A stretch of 64,000 nucleotides of DNA from Camelus ferus. Lineage: Eukaryota. The position numbers and the translations under genes were made by a program. Each line of letters starts with the position of its first letter. The stretch's first letter is position 1. The notes beneath the pieces were generated by a model. The model made no database searches and had not been told where the DNA came from. It was given only the letters and a program-made list of their open reading frames with translations. Where the stretch lies: contig NC_045696.1 in assembly GCF_009834535.1 (NCBI RefSeq), positions 68,884,001-68,948,000 on the forward strand, written 5' to 3'. This document shows positions 1 through 12,579 of the stretch, in pieces.

Positions 1-140
1 CCAGCAATGTGCCGGGTGTTTCATGCAATCCTCACGACAGCCCTGTGAGGCAGGCTCACCACCCATTTTACAGATGTGGTAGCAGAGCTAGTAATAGGGG
101 AGCATCACTTTGAAAACCCAAGGCTCTTCACTCCACGGCT
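1..140. mobile_element. MIR fragment within the ST6GAL1 3' UTR
   Basis: AATCCTCACGACAGCCCTGTGAGGCAGG...CCCATTTTACAGATG, the MIR core. Confidence 0.65.
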
Positions 141-1713
141 TTTTCTACTGCCCGTGTAAGCCAGTGGTTTGGCAGCCAAAGAGGACTCCAGCTCCACAAT
201 GGCTGGTTTGGAGCTCAAACATTCAAGGCCCTTGAGCACATGGGGCGAGCCTCAGGGGTCCAGAAGCCTGTTCCAGTCCAGTGTGGGTCCCCGTCAGGGG
301 AGGGGACTTAGCACAGTGGTCCAGGAAGTGTGTGGACAGACTACAGCTGGCAGGCCCCCTGCCCAGAGACTCTGAAGTCCCTCCCTCGCGGGAGGGGTGG
401 AGGGTGTGGCACTCTGATACCCTGGTGAGAATCAGTCATGATCTCCCAAGGTTCTGACCTCTGAGAGTGACTTTAAGTCCTAGGGGACCACATCCCCACT
501 CCCTGAGAGACCTTTCACAGAAGGCTCATGAAGGTCAAAGAGATTGGGTCAGAATATTTTAAAGTGGAAAAGGCTTGAAAGTGATTTGGGAATGGGGAGG
601 CTACTTTAAAGGGAAAAACGAGATGGCAGTTAGGAGGAGGTTTGGGGGTGGGTGTCAAAAAGGAAGAGATGGATGCGGTGCACACACGTAGCTTGCAGGC
701 AAGGGTCAGGCCAGGCGAGCCTGGGGAAGTCAGGGTTTTGGCACCTGGCTGGCCTGGCACCTGCTGTGAAGCTGCACTTGCTGCCTCAGACGTGAGTAGG
801 GGGCTTCCTCAAAAAATCACTTGAGCCTGTAAATTCAGGCAGATCTTAGAGAATAAATATGGGTCATAAAGGAAAACACATCTCAAATGACTCAGATAAA
901 ATCTAATTGACATGTTTTCCTCTTCTAAAATCCACTCCATAGCCTCCTCCCTCCGTGAAGCCCTCTGTGACCCACCACACAGGAAGTGGGCGGTCCCTCC
1001 TGCGTGCAGACACACAGCAAGCCCACCACCCTAGAAGCCCTCAGCTCGCCGAGCACTGAATCCTACCTGAGCTGGGAGCAACTTGAGGCTGGAGACCGGA
1101 TCTTTCTTCCTGTAGTCTCATCTCCTCTTGTATGGACCCAGGCCACGGGCCACCACACCTGCCAGAGCGATGGAACACTGCCTCTCCCAGGGCATGGGCC
1201 CCGGGAGCAGCTTTGTTCTGGAGCAACTGAGCCTGTTTCCTAGACCCTGTACAGCATCCTTGCCCCACAGAGGCACCCTGTACTGGGTACAATCATAATT
1301 TGGGAGAGTTTCTTTACAACATGAAATAAGTGTCTAGGCACAGATTTCAAGCATTGCAGAGCCCTGGTTTGTGAGAATGCCATTATACTGGTGGGAAAAG
1401 CAGCCCTGGTGGGAAAGGCGGACCCTCCCTTTACCTGTACGGGAAGAGGGGCAGACCGTGTCTGGAAGGAAGTGGCAAGTATGTGTGTGCATGTGAGGGG
1501 TGACAAGCTCTGGGCTCACACACTCCTGTGGCAAAAGTTCAGGCTGGGCCTGGGTCCCTGCCCTTAGGATCTGGAAGCCCCAGAGCTCCTGCCAGAAGGC
1601 CTAGAGTGCAGGCTGTGATTATCTGGGAACATGGTCTTCCCCGGGCCACGGTGGCCAAGAGTCCAGCTGTAAAAAGCCCGATGGAGAAGGATGAGGGAGC
1701 CTGGCCAGAGAGC
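1..1713 (-). other. ST6GAL1: ST6GAL1 3' UTR (partial, probably continues past the left edge)
   Basis: Lies directly downstream of the stop codon. I saw no minus-strand AATAAA (plus-strand tttatt) in 1-1713, so cleavage is probably outside the window. Confidence 0.7.
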
Positions 1714-1961
1714 TTAGGCTCCACAGCGAATGCTCCGGAAGCCAGGCAGTATGGCTTTCCCCAGCAGGTAAATGTCCTCGTCTGTGCCCCGGTTGAGGTG
1801 CTTCACCATGTTCTTCTCGAAGAGGAGCGGGTGGTAGGCGCCCATCGTGCAGGCGCTGTCGAAGAACTTCTGGTAGTAGTAGCACACGTCGGTCTTGCGC
1901 TTGGAGGGGAGGAACTCATAAATATCCACCTGGTCACACAGCGTCATCATGATGATGATGC
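1714..1961 (-). CDS. ST6GAL1: ST6GAL1 last coding exon (248 nt including TAA): sialylmotifs S, III and VS
   Basis: (G)[49 protein letters not shown]...FRSIRCGA*. Acceptor ctcccctccctag|. Catalytic His of the VS motif (HxxxxE) is present. Exon lengths sum to 1206 nt = 401 aa + stop. Confidence 0.98.
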
Positions 1962-3449
1962 CTAGGGAGGGGAGCAGAGGTGAGTCCCGCCCAACGACCA
2001 CCCCAGAGAGCTCAGCTGCTCATGACCCCAAATCTGGGGAGACGTCTGTCTGGAGTTCCTATTTATGACTGTGATTCCAGTCTGAGTGCTTCTGGTCACC
2101 AGTCCAGCAGGCTGTTCCTTGAGGTGCAGAGCCCCACACACCCTCGTACACTTAGCACCCAGGTCAGGGCCCAGTGCATGGCGGGGCCTCCCTAAACACT
2201 CATGGACTGACGGGCTGCGCTGTCAGCCAGTGACCTGAACACTGTCGGTGAGCCACATGGGAGAGGACGAGGCGGCAGAGGAGAGCCACGCCAAGCAGGT
2301 ATTTCTCTCCAGCATTTGTGCGTCCTGGACGAGCCCCTAGATGGTGCTCTTTGGGAGAAGGTGTTTCTTACACTAGGACTGGGAGAAGCAGTGTGGGGAG
2401 GGACAGCTGGCACAGGAGCATGCCATGGTCTGTGTGGATGGGCTCTGCTTGGTCAGCCAGGAGACGGGGGCCCTGGGGCTGCACTCAGGTGATGCAGAAC
2501 ACTGAGATCCAAACCAAATAAGAGGCAGAGACACCTGCCCCAAGCGGGTGATCTACCCACTCTTCCTACTACAGAGGCCAGTGTTAGGGTGCAGTAAGAC
2601 CATGGCTCCGGAACTGTTCTCACTGACAGCAAAATTGTAAACTGCTAGCAACTTTGTTCCAGAAGGATCAGATGGGAAAAACCCTACCTCTGGTGGCCCC
2701 TGGTCCAAAGAGGGAGAAAAGACATCTCTGCACCTAACTGATGAAGGCACAACAGAAGTGCTTCTAGAAGTGAGGGAAGGGAGCCTTCCTCTGGGGGCTC
2801 AGATAAGCCTCCCAGAGCACTGGTGTGGGGCCCAGTAGGGGCTCTGGCCGTGAGGGGCGGGCAAGAGGGGCAGACTGGCCACGGAGAACACAGCTGGGCA
2901 AAGGCAGGGCAGGAGGGCAACAGGAACTTGTTCCCAGGTGTCTCCGATTGACTTCTGTTTGAAAGGACTCCAGGGAGAGCCCGAACGCACCCATCCAGAA
3001 GCTGAAGAAAACTAAGAGCCCTCACCTCTTCCTATCAGGAGTGCCCGATATTATGCGTTCATTTGTTCATTTATTCAGGGAACACCTACCTCAGGGCTGC
3101 CCCGTGCCAGGCCCACAGGGGTGAGGCAAACACAGCGCCTGCCAGGAGTGAGTGTGCAGTCTGGGAGGGAAGGTGAGTGGCGGGGCCATTGGCCAGGACA
3201 GTGGTCCACTGCGGTGGGCCAGCACCTACGGGGCCTAGAACCTCATGGAACGCGTCTGTGGTCCACCCAGACTCCAAGTCAAGGGAGGGAAGGGCAGACG
3301 GGCTGGGAGGTGTGGAGAAAATCCCAGAAGAAAGCCCGTGGCCAGCACTCAGGGCCCTCTGTACTCTGCCCTCAGCCCACCCCACATTGGTGCCCACAGC
3401 CCCATTCGTGACCCCAAACCCAGTAAAGCCTCCACTCTCATTCTCTACT

Positions 3450-3688
3450 CAGGGCCATGACTCGGGTGGTCACTAGGGTGAGCAAATTTTTGAAATTCTG
3501 AATAAAATATTGATTCTTCCTTTTCCCTCAGATTCTAATACAGCTCAGCCTGACATTATTCCTGATCCTATCCTGATCTACAATTTTGATATTTTTTTAA
3601 GATATTCTTTGTTACTGAATTTTTGGGTGCCCCCTTAAATTGTACCTGAGGCGAGCGCCTCACCTGCCTCAGCCAAGTCCCAGCCCTG
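3450..3688. mobile_element. hAT DNA transposon fragment, MER96B-like
   Basis: Terminal inverted repeats CAGGGCCATGACT.../...AGTCCCAGCCCTG and internal GGTGCCCCCTTAAATT...GAGGCGAGCGCCTCAC. Confidence 0.7.
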
Positions 3689-4018
3689 CTCCTGTTTTCC
3701 CACCCCTTCTTGTCTGTGCTTCCCTTTACTCCATCTCCACCTGGCAGATCCGCCCCTCTCCTGGGCCTGGTCCACTGGGATGGTCGCTCCCTCCTGGCAC
3801 AAACTGAATGTTGCCTCAGACACCTGACTGCACTCCCCCACTGGACACACATTCTGTCATACTGATCTCTGTCTTAGCTGGAACTTGCCTCAGTGTACAA
3901 ACACAGCAAAAACCTAGCAACTGTCTGGTGAACAAACACACACATGAATGAGACCCCAGAAGAAAGCTAATCTCTTCTAGAAACAAGCATGAGAGGTCTT
4001 TCCCCAGACTGGACTCAC

Positions 4019-4193
4019 CGAGCATCCCAGAGGATGGGGGATTTGGCTGAATCTCCTCCGGGGAGATCTCCTGAATGATGTCCCACAGTTCCCAAGGCAT
4101 CTGGGGCTTGAGGATATAAAAGGGCTGATCGGGGTGCAGCTTACGATAGCTCTTGAAGTTATCAAAGAAACTGTAGTCAGGATTCTTGTACCA
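4019..4193 (-). CDS. ST6GAL1: ST6GAL1 fourth coding exon (175 nt), start of sialylmotif S
   Basis: [58 protein letters not shown](G), inside ORF 3816..4244. Acceptor cttctttttcag|, donor CTCG|gtgagt. Confidence 0.97.
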
Positions 4194-5381
4194 CTGAAAA
4201 AGAAGGAAGTAGTCTTCTGAAGAAGAGCAATGTCCCAGTGCCACTGCTGCCCCCGGGTGGTCAGCCCTGTCTGAGGACTTGGAGGGAGGTGGGGAAGGAC
4301 CCAGGATGAATCCTGAGCCACAGCCCCTTCATCAAAACAGATTCCAGACGTCTCCACATCTCAGCTCTCACGTGATAGTAGAGGGGACTCAGCATGGAGC
4401 CTGTGCTCAAGGGGAATTTTGAGCATGGTGACCCTGGAACAGCTTCAGACTTCAGGATCATAGAATCTGGGAATGATGTCAGAGCTGAGAGGGGCCTGGG
4501 GCCTCATCTGTCCCCACCTCTCTTAAAGAGGTGATCACTGGGCACAGTTTGCCACATCTGCAGGTTCACAGTCCTTATCCCAACCCAAGCACATTTCAGT
4601 TTGAAGTGAGATCACTGCAAAACTGGAAACGGAGGCCACAAGAGGAGGGACCACCGGGGCCTGTCAGCTATTGATGTGTCCAGCTTAAGTGTCCCAAGAA
4701 CAGTGCTCTCTGTCCCTCATCCCTAAAGCCAGACTCCTGTGGTCACTGCAGCCCAGACGAGGGAGAGGCCAACTGACATGTATAACAGGGAGAGGGCCGT
4801 TTCAGAGAAGCTAGAACCCAGCAGGCCTGAGACTCTGTCCCTTTCCCTGGAAGAGCTGACGCGGATCTGGGCCCTCTGCTTAGTGAATCAAGTCCAAGGA
4901 CAGGTGACCCCCCTTCACATTCCAGTTTCCCCATCTGTAAAATGGGAACAACCAGGCCTCTACTTCGTTTTGTTGCTATGAATAAAATGAGAAGCATTCT
5001 GGAAATTGGCAGTGTGGGGCGAGTGTGGTAACACGCCGTACAGGAGTAATAGTAACCACTGTCTATCCTGCTGACGCTCGTCAGGAATGACTGTTACATG
5101 AACACAGCCCACCCCAGATGGTGGGAAACCCAGCCACTGTTACTCCTGAAACAGACCATGATTAACTAGGAGACAAATACTTGGCAGTGGAGGGCGGGGC
5201 ATGGAGAGCACTGGTACAGGACAGGAGTCCTGAAAGCTAGTCCAGAGGAAGGGAGCCTAAAATGGAAACAGCCAGCCTGCAGGGATGGCCCAGGTCAGCC
5301 ATGACTTTAAAAACCCAGGACCTCAGCAAAATCTATAGACAAACATGACTCAATCCCAATCTCCTGTGGACACCCACTTAC

Positions 5382-5480
5382 CTTTGGGATATCTGAATGG
5401 TAAACAGATGGGTCCCACACAATTAGGATTCCTTCATTGTACAAACTGTCCTTGAGGAAGTGCCCCTCTGTGGTGACCAG
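5382..5480 (-). CDS. ST6GAL1: ST6GAL1 third coding exon (99 nt)
   Basis: Hand translation [33 protein letters not shown]. Acceptor tgtttctccctgcag|, donor AAG|gtaagt. Phase 0/0. Confidence 0.97.
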
Positions 5481-6596
5481 CTGCAGGGAGAAACAGACAA
5501 GCTGTCACCTGGACATTTACATGTGAACGCTGGCGTGTAGTAACACCTGACACATCACAAGTACCACCTGAGGTCCCAGAGCCTCATGAGGCTTCACAGT
5601 TTTGGTGCCAACACTTAACTTCAGTGAGAAAAAGGCAAAGATGCAGGCCGGAACTGTATGGACCTGATAGGACATTTTGTTACAGACCATCAGCCATAGA
5701 GCTGAAAGGGTTCCACTCAGACTTTGAGATTACTAGGGTGAAGGTACAGTGAAAATGGCTCGGCATATAGTGCCCTGCATTCACACCTCATATGGGGGTT
5801 GGAGGGTGAAGTTTAAAGTCAGAATCTCATGTAACCAAAATGATCTCTGGAAAGCCCTTCCATCACCTATAAAGTCTAGCACATAGGTATTACACAGCAC
5901 AATGGAGACGGACAGAGGGCATCTCAGGGTCCTGCACAGGCAATGGTTTCTGCAGCACTGGAGCAGACGGCAGTGCCTGTGGTTGAGCACCGGATGAAAT
6001 GGTCGGCTTGTGTGTAGGGGCCATGGCACATGCAAAAACATGCATCCTTTAACACAAGAACCTCACCTGGCTGGAGCGATGCTCATGTGTGCCCTGCTGG
6101 GGAACCAGCCACAGCCCCCCTCCTCCCCACACTCCCAGGCTGGCCTGGGCTAAATGTGACTGTGATCAAACTCAGGACATAGAACAGCCCTACAGGATCA
6201 ATTTTACAACATGTGTTAACAGCCCTAAATATATTTATACCTTTGACTCAGCAATTTCACTTTTTGGCATTTATCCTAAAAGAATCTGAACTGGGGGGAA
6301 ACTATGCACAGAAACATTAAATTACTTATGAAAATAAGAAAAGTGTGGTAGCAGAAGGTGAAAGAAAGACCTGGTTCAGTTCTTGGCTTTGCCACACGCC
6401 TATCTGGTGACTGCGAGCAAGTCGGGTTATGTCCACAGGCCTTCGTGCTCTCATTGCGAGTGCAGAGAACAGTGCCCTGCCCTCTCTAACAGGAGCTGTC
6501 CTGGGGCACAGGAATGAGTGAGAAAGAGAAAGGGGCCACGTCCCTCTTAAGGGACAAAGCTGATCACGTGAGATCAGCTGTCTCACCTTCAAAAGC

Positions 6597-6873
6597 ATGT
6601 GGTGTATTGTATGATTCCATTTATATGAAATACCCAGAACAGTCAAGTCCCTAGAGACAGAAAATAGATTAGTGATTGCCAGGGTCTAGGAAGAGGGGAT
6701 ACAAAGAGGTACTGCTAACGGGTAGAGTTTATTTTGGGGGTGATGAAAATGTTCTAAAATTAAATAGTAGTGATAGTTGCACAGCTCTGTGAACATAAAG
6801 AACACTGAATTGTATCCCTTAAAATAGTGAATTCAATGATGTGTGAATTACAAAGCTGTTATTTAAACAATAA
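6597..6873 (+). mobile_element. Old L1 (L1MB-like) 3' end
   Basis: TGTATGATTCCATTTATATGAAAT...AGAGACAGAAAATAGATTAGTGATTGCCAGGG...GGGGTGATGAAAATGTTCTAAAATT...AATAAA. Confidence 0.8.
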
Positions 6874-7419
6874 AGAACAAGAAGAGTAAAGAGGGGAGGG
6901 AAAAAAAAGCAGGTAGGGATGATATTGGCCAGGTGGAAACTGGGAAGAAAAAATGACAGAAATCAAATTGAGAATTGACTGAAATTGAAAGCAAGAACCC
7001 TTCCCCTGAGACCTAATCAGTGTCCCACAGTGTCTGAAGAATGACTGTGGGAAGATGGGTGGTCTGGCTACAACCAAGAACAGCAGTTTGCCACGATCCC
7101 CCAGGGTCATTCAGGTACCCCATTCCCGTCCCTCCCCTCAGATGTAGGAAGGCCCTGGGAGCCTAAAGACCATGATCTCATTTCCTCGGTGTATCTTGGA
7201 GACAAGAAATACTGGTAGTGGGCCCACTGTGGCCAGAGCTTGTGCAGTGGAGCCCACAGGCAGTCACAGGGTGTCAGAGTGAGGATGGCCATGAGGCGAG
7301 TGAGTGTTAACTGGCAAGAACAGGCCAAGCCAGGGGAGTGCGGGGGAGAGGGAAGAGGACCTGGACAGAAGAAACCACCAGACCCCCAGCTGTGAGAGCA
7401 GATGGCAGAGGCTGCTAGG

Positions 7420-7873
7420 TGACGCCCAATAGCCCTTCTTTCTTTTTCCCTTGGTAACAAACACTGGATGTTTTCCTCAGCACACAGCTATCTAAAATAC
7501 AGACTACCTGAAATAAAACTTTCCCAGCCTCTCTTACAGCTAAGAATGGTGATGTGACAAAACGCTGGCAAGTGTGACTTCTAGGACCTGTTCTCAGAGG
7601 TGGGGTCATGCCCTTCCGTGTTCGTCCCCCTGGCAAAAAGTGGATGTGACAGCTGAAGCTTGAGCAGCCGTCTAGGACCATGAAGTGGAAGCCATATGGT
7701 ATTCATGGCAGGTGCTCAAGGCGGTAGAAGCCCGGGTTCCTGACTCTCTGGAACACCATCCCAGCTCTGGAATTCTTTAAGTGAGAAATGCATTTTTATT
7801 TTGTTAAGCTACTGTTGAGAGGTGGGCAGTGCCTTTCTGTCACTTGCAGCCAAGCCCAATTCTAATTTTTACA
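7420..7873 (+). mobile_element. MaLR solo LTR (MLT1I/J-like)
   Basis: TTTCCCAGCCTCTCTTACAGCTAAG...GATGTGACAGCTGAAGCTTGAGCAGCCGTCTAGGACCATGAAG...TTGTTAAGCTACTG...CACTTGCAGCCAAG. Boundaries approximate. Confidence 0.6.
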
Positions 7874-8909
7874 GTGAGTGGCTTATTTGGGAAATTGCAG
7901 GTTGTCCAGTGTGGCTCAGATACAAAGGAAGAGCCGGAAGGGGTCAGAGAAGTGTAGGCAGGGGCCAAATCAAGGAGCTTAGGGTTTTCTCAGTAGGCCA
8001 CGGGGCCAGGGAATGCTTGGGAGAAGGATCTAAACAGACCAGTGTTCTGGGCTAGCGTTTTTAGAGAAAAGGCGATCAGACAGCAGCTGCCGTTGTAGCC
8101 TAAGTAGAAATGATGGAATGAAGAAAAAGTTGCGATTATCAGCTGTAGGCTTGCAGACTAACTGGACACTGAAAGTGAAGGGAAAAGGGGCCAAGGTGAC
8201 TCCTGGGCTTCAGGCCATTTCCTAAAATGAGAGCACTGAAAGGAAAGCAGCTGGCATGTGCCTGTGGGGCTGGAGTGGGGATCTGAAGTTCAAGGATGAG
8301 GCAACCAGCCTCGAGTCCCACAGAGGAGAGGCCATAGGAACTAGGAATGGAACCCACATTTGCCAACGTTAAGTGCAATTCTCTTCCCATTGGGAACACT
8401 GTAACTCACAGCACAGGCATTCAGTGCTGGAGCTCAAAGGCAAAGCAAGCATCCTGGCAGAGGGGGCTTCGCAAGACAGACATGGTTGTGCGGGTGCCAG
8501 GGAGGCCGAGGGGGCAGCAGGCCACCCTCCCACTGCTCTGTACATGACTTCCAAGACTGATCTTTACAAGCTCACTCCCTGTCCCCATCCCATTTCACCC
8601 CCAAAAGACTGCTGGTATATTGAAAGCATGTCTTTTCTTGAGCTATGCTCTTTCTAATCAGAGTACTGATGCCAAGTGATTTAGCCGTACTCATGAGGAT
8701 TAGAAATAACTGGGATTTTTAAAATGTCTCCTGCCACTGCCCCTTTCAGGCAATTTTCTTAGTAAACAAAGCAGGAGACTGGGGGCGGCACTTCTGGTAC
8801 CCTGAGACTTTCCCAGGATCTATGGCTTTACTGTCCTCAGAAATCCCAAGAGAGATGCACAAAGTTTTCTCCTTTACGACAAAGGATGACAACAGTGGTA
8901 ACAACAGAC

Positions 8910-9140
8910 GCCCTTTAATGATGTCTACTCCAAGCTAGGGACTTTCATATATCATCTTAGTTCATCTTCACAACAGCCTTAGGTGGTAATTATTAATATA
9001 CTCATTTTATAAATGAGGAGATAGACTCAGAGATGCTAAGTAGCTTGCCCAAAACGTAGAGCTAGTAAGTAGGGAAGTCTGAATTGAAACCCTTCTGTCT
9101 GGGTCTGGAGCCCACACTTCTAGTCTACGCACTGCACTGC
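8910..9140. mobile_element. MIR. Similar cores lie near 4860-4995, 19680-19835, 23560-23765, 28575-28800, 32770-32970, 35790-35990, 40595-40800, 47430-47610, 52425-52640, 52770-52975, 60590-60900 and 62810-63020
   Basis: CTCATTTTATAAATGAGGAGATAGACTCAGAGATGCTAAGTAGCTTGCCCAA...GCTAGTAAGTAG, the MIR core. The other copies were recognised by the same core and have approximate boundaries. Confidence 0.7.
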
Positions 9141-10240
9141 CTCACACAAAGAGGGTCGGTAGGCCACGGGGCAGAAGATGCCAAAGAAAGCATTTGATGA
9201 GGGGTATGGAGGTGTCATGAGAATTTTGCTTCCTGTCTAAGTTTGTAGTATCTTGCACTGGAAAATCCTCAAGGGACTGGATCCAAAGCCATGATTTTCA
9301 GATGGGTAAACTGGAGTCCAGAGAGCAGAAGAGACTTGTCTGAGGCTTCAGGGTGAGTTTGAGGCAGATCCAGGACCAGACGCCAGAGACTGGCCCTGAC
9401 CAGTGTTCCTTCTGTTCCCACCAGGCTGCATTCACAAACCACACAACATCTGAGTAAGCCAGCACACTCTCAGGAGCGAGGCTGACCTCAGTTCTCACCG
9501 TACACAACGGGGAAATGGTCATCCCCTTGAGCTACTTGAGGCAAATGAAAAAGTAATCCATGAAATTGAGACGAGGTGAAGATAAGTGCTAGTTTCATCC
9601 ACGGAGAAGGAAAAGAGCGGCCAGGGCTGGGATCTGGTGGAGGGAAAGGGGAGAGACCAGCAAGAACCCATCAGCCTTACTATGGACGTGGCTCTGAACT
9701 TACCACACTAATTCTGGCGGTCCTTACGTGAGATTCAGATTTCCTCAAAAAAAAAAAATAAATAAAATAAAATAAAGCCTCAAAACTGCTCAGGGAATTA
9801 GGAGACTGCTTTGTGTCTAACTCACTCCGTGGTCTCAGGGGGGATCACTTGCCCTCTGCAGGCCCCAGGTGCTTTAGTTACAGGGCATTAGCATCCTGTA
9901 AGGCCCTGCCCTGCCCGGGTGACTGGCCATTTCTGGATAACATCTCAGTCTGTCACTTTTCTAATGGCAGCAAAAGGGACTTAGGAGAGAACAAAGCTCT
10001 TCTCAAATGCCCCTGTACTAACACACATGCAGAGTCTGACCTGAGTTCAGGGATCGGGGGGCCTCATGATGAGGAAAGTAAGTCACTGCCAGAGCAATGG
10101 AGCCCCAAGGAGCACTTGCCAGGAAAAAAACTACACTGGGGAGATGGATTGTTGCTGTTTTAGAACCGGTTTAAAGTAACCTTTCCAGTCATAAGGCAAG
10201 AAATAGTCACTACATAAAGTTAGAAATAAAAAGAATGTGC

Positions 10241-10410
10241 GGGGGGAGGGTGTAGCTCAAGTGGTAGAGCGCATGCTCAGCATGCATGAGGTCCTGGGTT
10301 CAATCCCCAGTACCTCGTCTAAAACAAATAAATGAATAAACCTAATTACCTGCCAACCCCCGCCAAAAAAATTAAATAAAAGTGAGTCCAATTCTTCAAA
10401 AAAAAAAAAA
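10241..10410 (+). mobile_element. tRNA-derived SINE (camelid Vic-1-like)
   Basis: A box TAGCTCAAGTGGTAGAGC, B box GGTTCAATCCC, tail AAATAAATGAATAAACCTAATTACC, poly(A). Degenerate TSD aagaatgtgc/aagtgtgtgc. Confidence 0.85.
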
Positions 10411-10555
10411 AAGTGTGTGCGCACACACACACACACACACTCACCCTCACATCTACCTATCTACATACATAAGAAAACAAAGATAATTGCATTTTTCAGA
10501 TATTCCCACTGTAAATATGTTGGGTCTTTTTTCTTCCCAAATCTTTCTTCCCCTC

Positions 10556-10921
10556 TGTTATGGACTGAATTATGTCCTCCCCAAAATTCATATGTTAAAG
10601 CCCTAACCCCTGGTGTAACTATATTGGAGATACGGCCTTTGGGGAGCTAATTAAGGTTAAATGAGATCACGAGGATGGGGTCCCTAATCTAAGCCTTTAA
10701 AAGAAAACGATAAGTCAGCAGACATCTCTCTTTTTCTACCCCCCACCCCATGACTCAGAGGAAAGGCAGACCATGTGAAGGCACAGAAGGCGGCATTCGC
10801 AAGCCAGGAAGAAAGCCCTTCAGAAACACCCTGATGGCATCTTGATCTAGTACTTCTAGCCTCTTGTTCCAGCCACCCCACCGTATGGTGTTTTGTTATG
10901 GCAGCCCAGTAAATTCACATA
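10556..10921 (+). mobile_element. MaLR solo LTR (MLT1A/B-like)
   Basis: Starts TGTTATGGACTGAATTATGTCCTCCCCAAAATTCATATGTT and ends TTTTGTTATGGCAGCCC...ACATA. Flanked by a near-TSD ccctc/ccctg. Confidence 0.85.
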
Positions 10922-12579
10922 CCCTGTGTGTGTGTGTGTGTGTAGATATTGATATGTCTTAACTAGCTTTAGTGGTTTTGTAAAACTCACACAACAATCC
11001 AGTTCAATGTCGTCTTCCCATTTATTCCTCACGATGTTTCCAAGATCCAAACAGGACTTGAAAAGGAAGCTCTAAGAAGTTGTATAACTGGCCCAAGATC
11101 ACACGGCTGAGAAGGGATGGAGCTCAGATGCAAATCAAGGTCTATCTGACCTTCTCCCACTTTACTAAGCAATCTCCGTTCAAAAATGTTAAGTGATGAT
11201 AAAATAAAGTGCGTGTTCTGGCTGCCAGATTTGCAGATTTGCCACAGGTGCAAAGCCAGTTAGTGCTATGGGAAGACAAAGGGGTGTTCAGGGTCTTGAG
11301 TAGAGACGAAAAATGATATGGAGGCCCTGGGCCTTAAGGGAAGGCCTGAGCTTGGAAACAGGGCCTGGACAGGGAGGTGCTGTAACAGAGAGAAGGGCAC
11401 CACAAATTGAAACCCACCACAAATTGAAACCCACCACAAACCGCAAATCAGAGCATCCAATTCTACCTGTCATCACAGGAAAAGTCATCAGAAGAACTGT
11501 TAAGTATTAGAGGAAGTAAACGTTGGGAAGTACTTCAGTGTTCAATCAGAAGAGATTGCTAGAAGAAGCTATGAAACTTACCCACAAAAGAATATTATGC
11601 AGCTGCAAGAAAGAATGAGGAAGATTTCTGTGAACTGATACAGAGGGATTTCCAGAAGGTACTGGGACAAAGAAGAGTGTAAAAGTGCACATATAGTCAC
11701 TGCCTTTTTGTAAGGAATAAGGGAAATTAAGAAAACATATCTACACACAGAAACAGAGGAGAAATCACAAAACAGTACAATTGGTTCCCTACAAAGGGTG
11801 GCGATGAAACAGGGTGGAAGGAACTCAGGAGGGAGTAGCATTTCTTTGAATATAGCTTTTTGGAAAGTTTTGAATTTTGGAAGCATGTTAAAATTCTGCA
11901 TTGTTTTTTAAGGAAGGAAAAGAAAAACCTAAAACAGAAACAAAATAAATATAGCTGAATTTCAAAGGAGTTCATCATAATCGCAAGGAAGAGAAACAGG
12001 AGTCTCTCTGAGTTCTGCTGAGGTAACCTGAGCGCACACTATTTGGCCACACGACCTCAGTCTGGAGCAGGGTGTGGAGGAGAACCGCAAAGCAAATCCT
12101 GGACTCTTTTGAACAGGTTTGTTTTATGTAGATATGCAAAGCAATTTTCAAATTATTTCAGATAGATTATAGATCTGAGCAAATAAATCAATTGCTGCTG
12201 TTTTTAGAAGCAGGATTCTCACTGGGAAAGAAGGGGGGATACAAATGCAGAAGAGGGCAGGCAAGGAATGCCTTTCTGTGGATAGGCTGAGGTACTGAGT
12301 CTACCATTTCTAAAACAGGCATGTTCGCATGTACATACATGGCCATGTAGATGTGTACATACACACACAGGTGCGGGCATATGTAAATGAATACGTGTGT
12401 ATGTGCACTGTGTGTGTACATGCATGTAGTTCCTAGCTCTGCCTGCTGAAAGGGCCAAGAAGCAAAGACACGTTGGTAGGCATGAACACACTTAGTGCCC
12501 AGATCTTGGTTTCTAATACCGTCTTTTACTTAAAGGAACCGGGATTCCCTGGAGAAGAATAGCATATCCCAGAGCCAGC

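Noticed and set aside
852..857. AATAAA within the 3' UTR interval
   Set aside because: It is on the plus strand, the wrong orientation for ST6GAL1.
1528..1965. 145-aa plus-strand ORF over the last exon (also 31010..31237 over the first coding exon)
   Set aside because: Antisense shadow of GC3-rich ST6GAL1 codons with a non-ATG start and no recognisable domain.
10241..10316. tRNA-like sequences with A and B boxes (also at 27529-27603, 50697-50765 and 52136-52230)
   Set aside because: They share a non-tRNA tail, poly(A) and TSDs and differ from each other, so they are SINE heads, not tRNA genes.
11398..11440. Direct repeats considered as a CRISPR-like array
   Set aside because: Head-to-tail copies without spacers in mammalian DNA. 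It is a tandem duplication.
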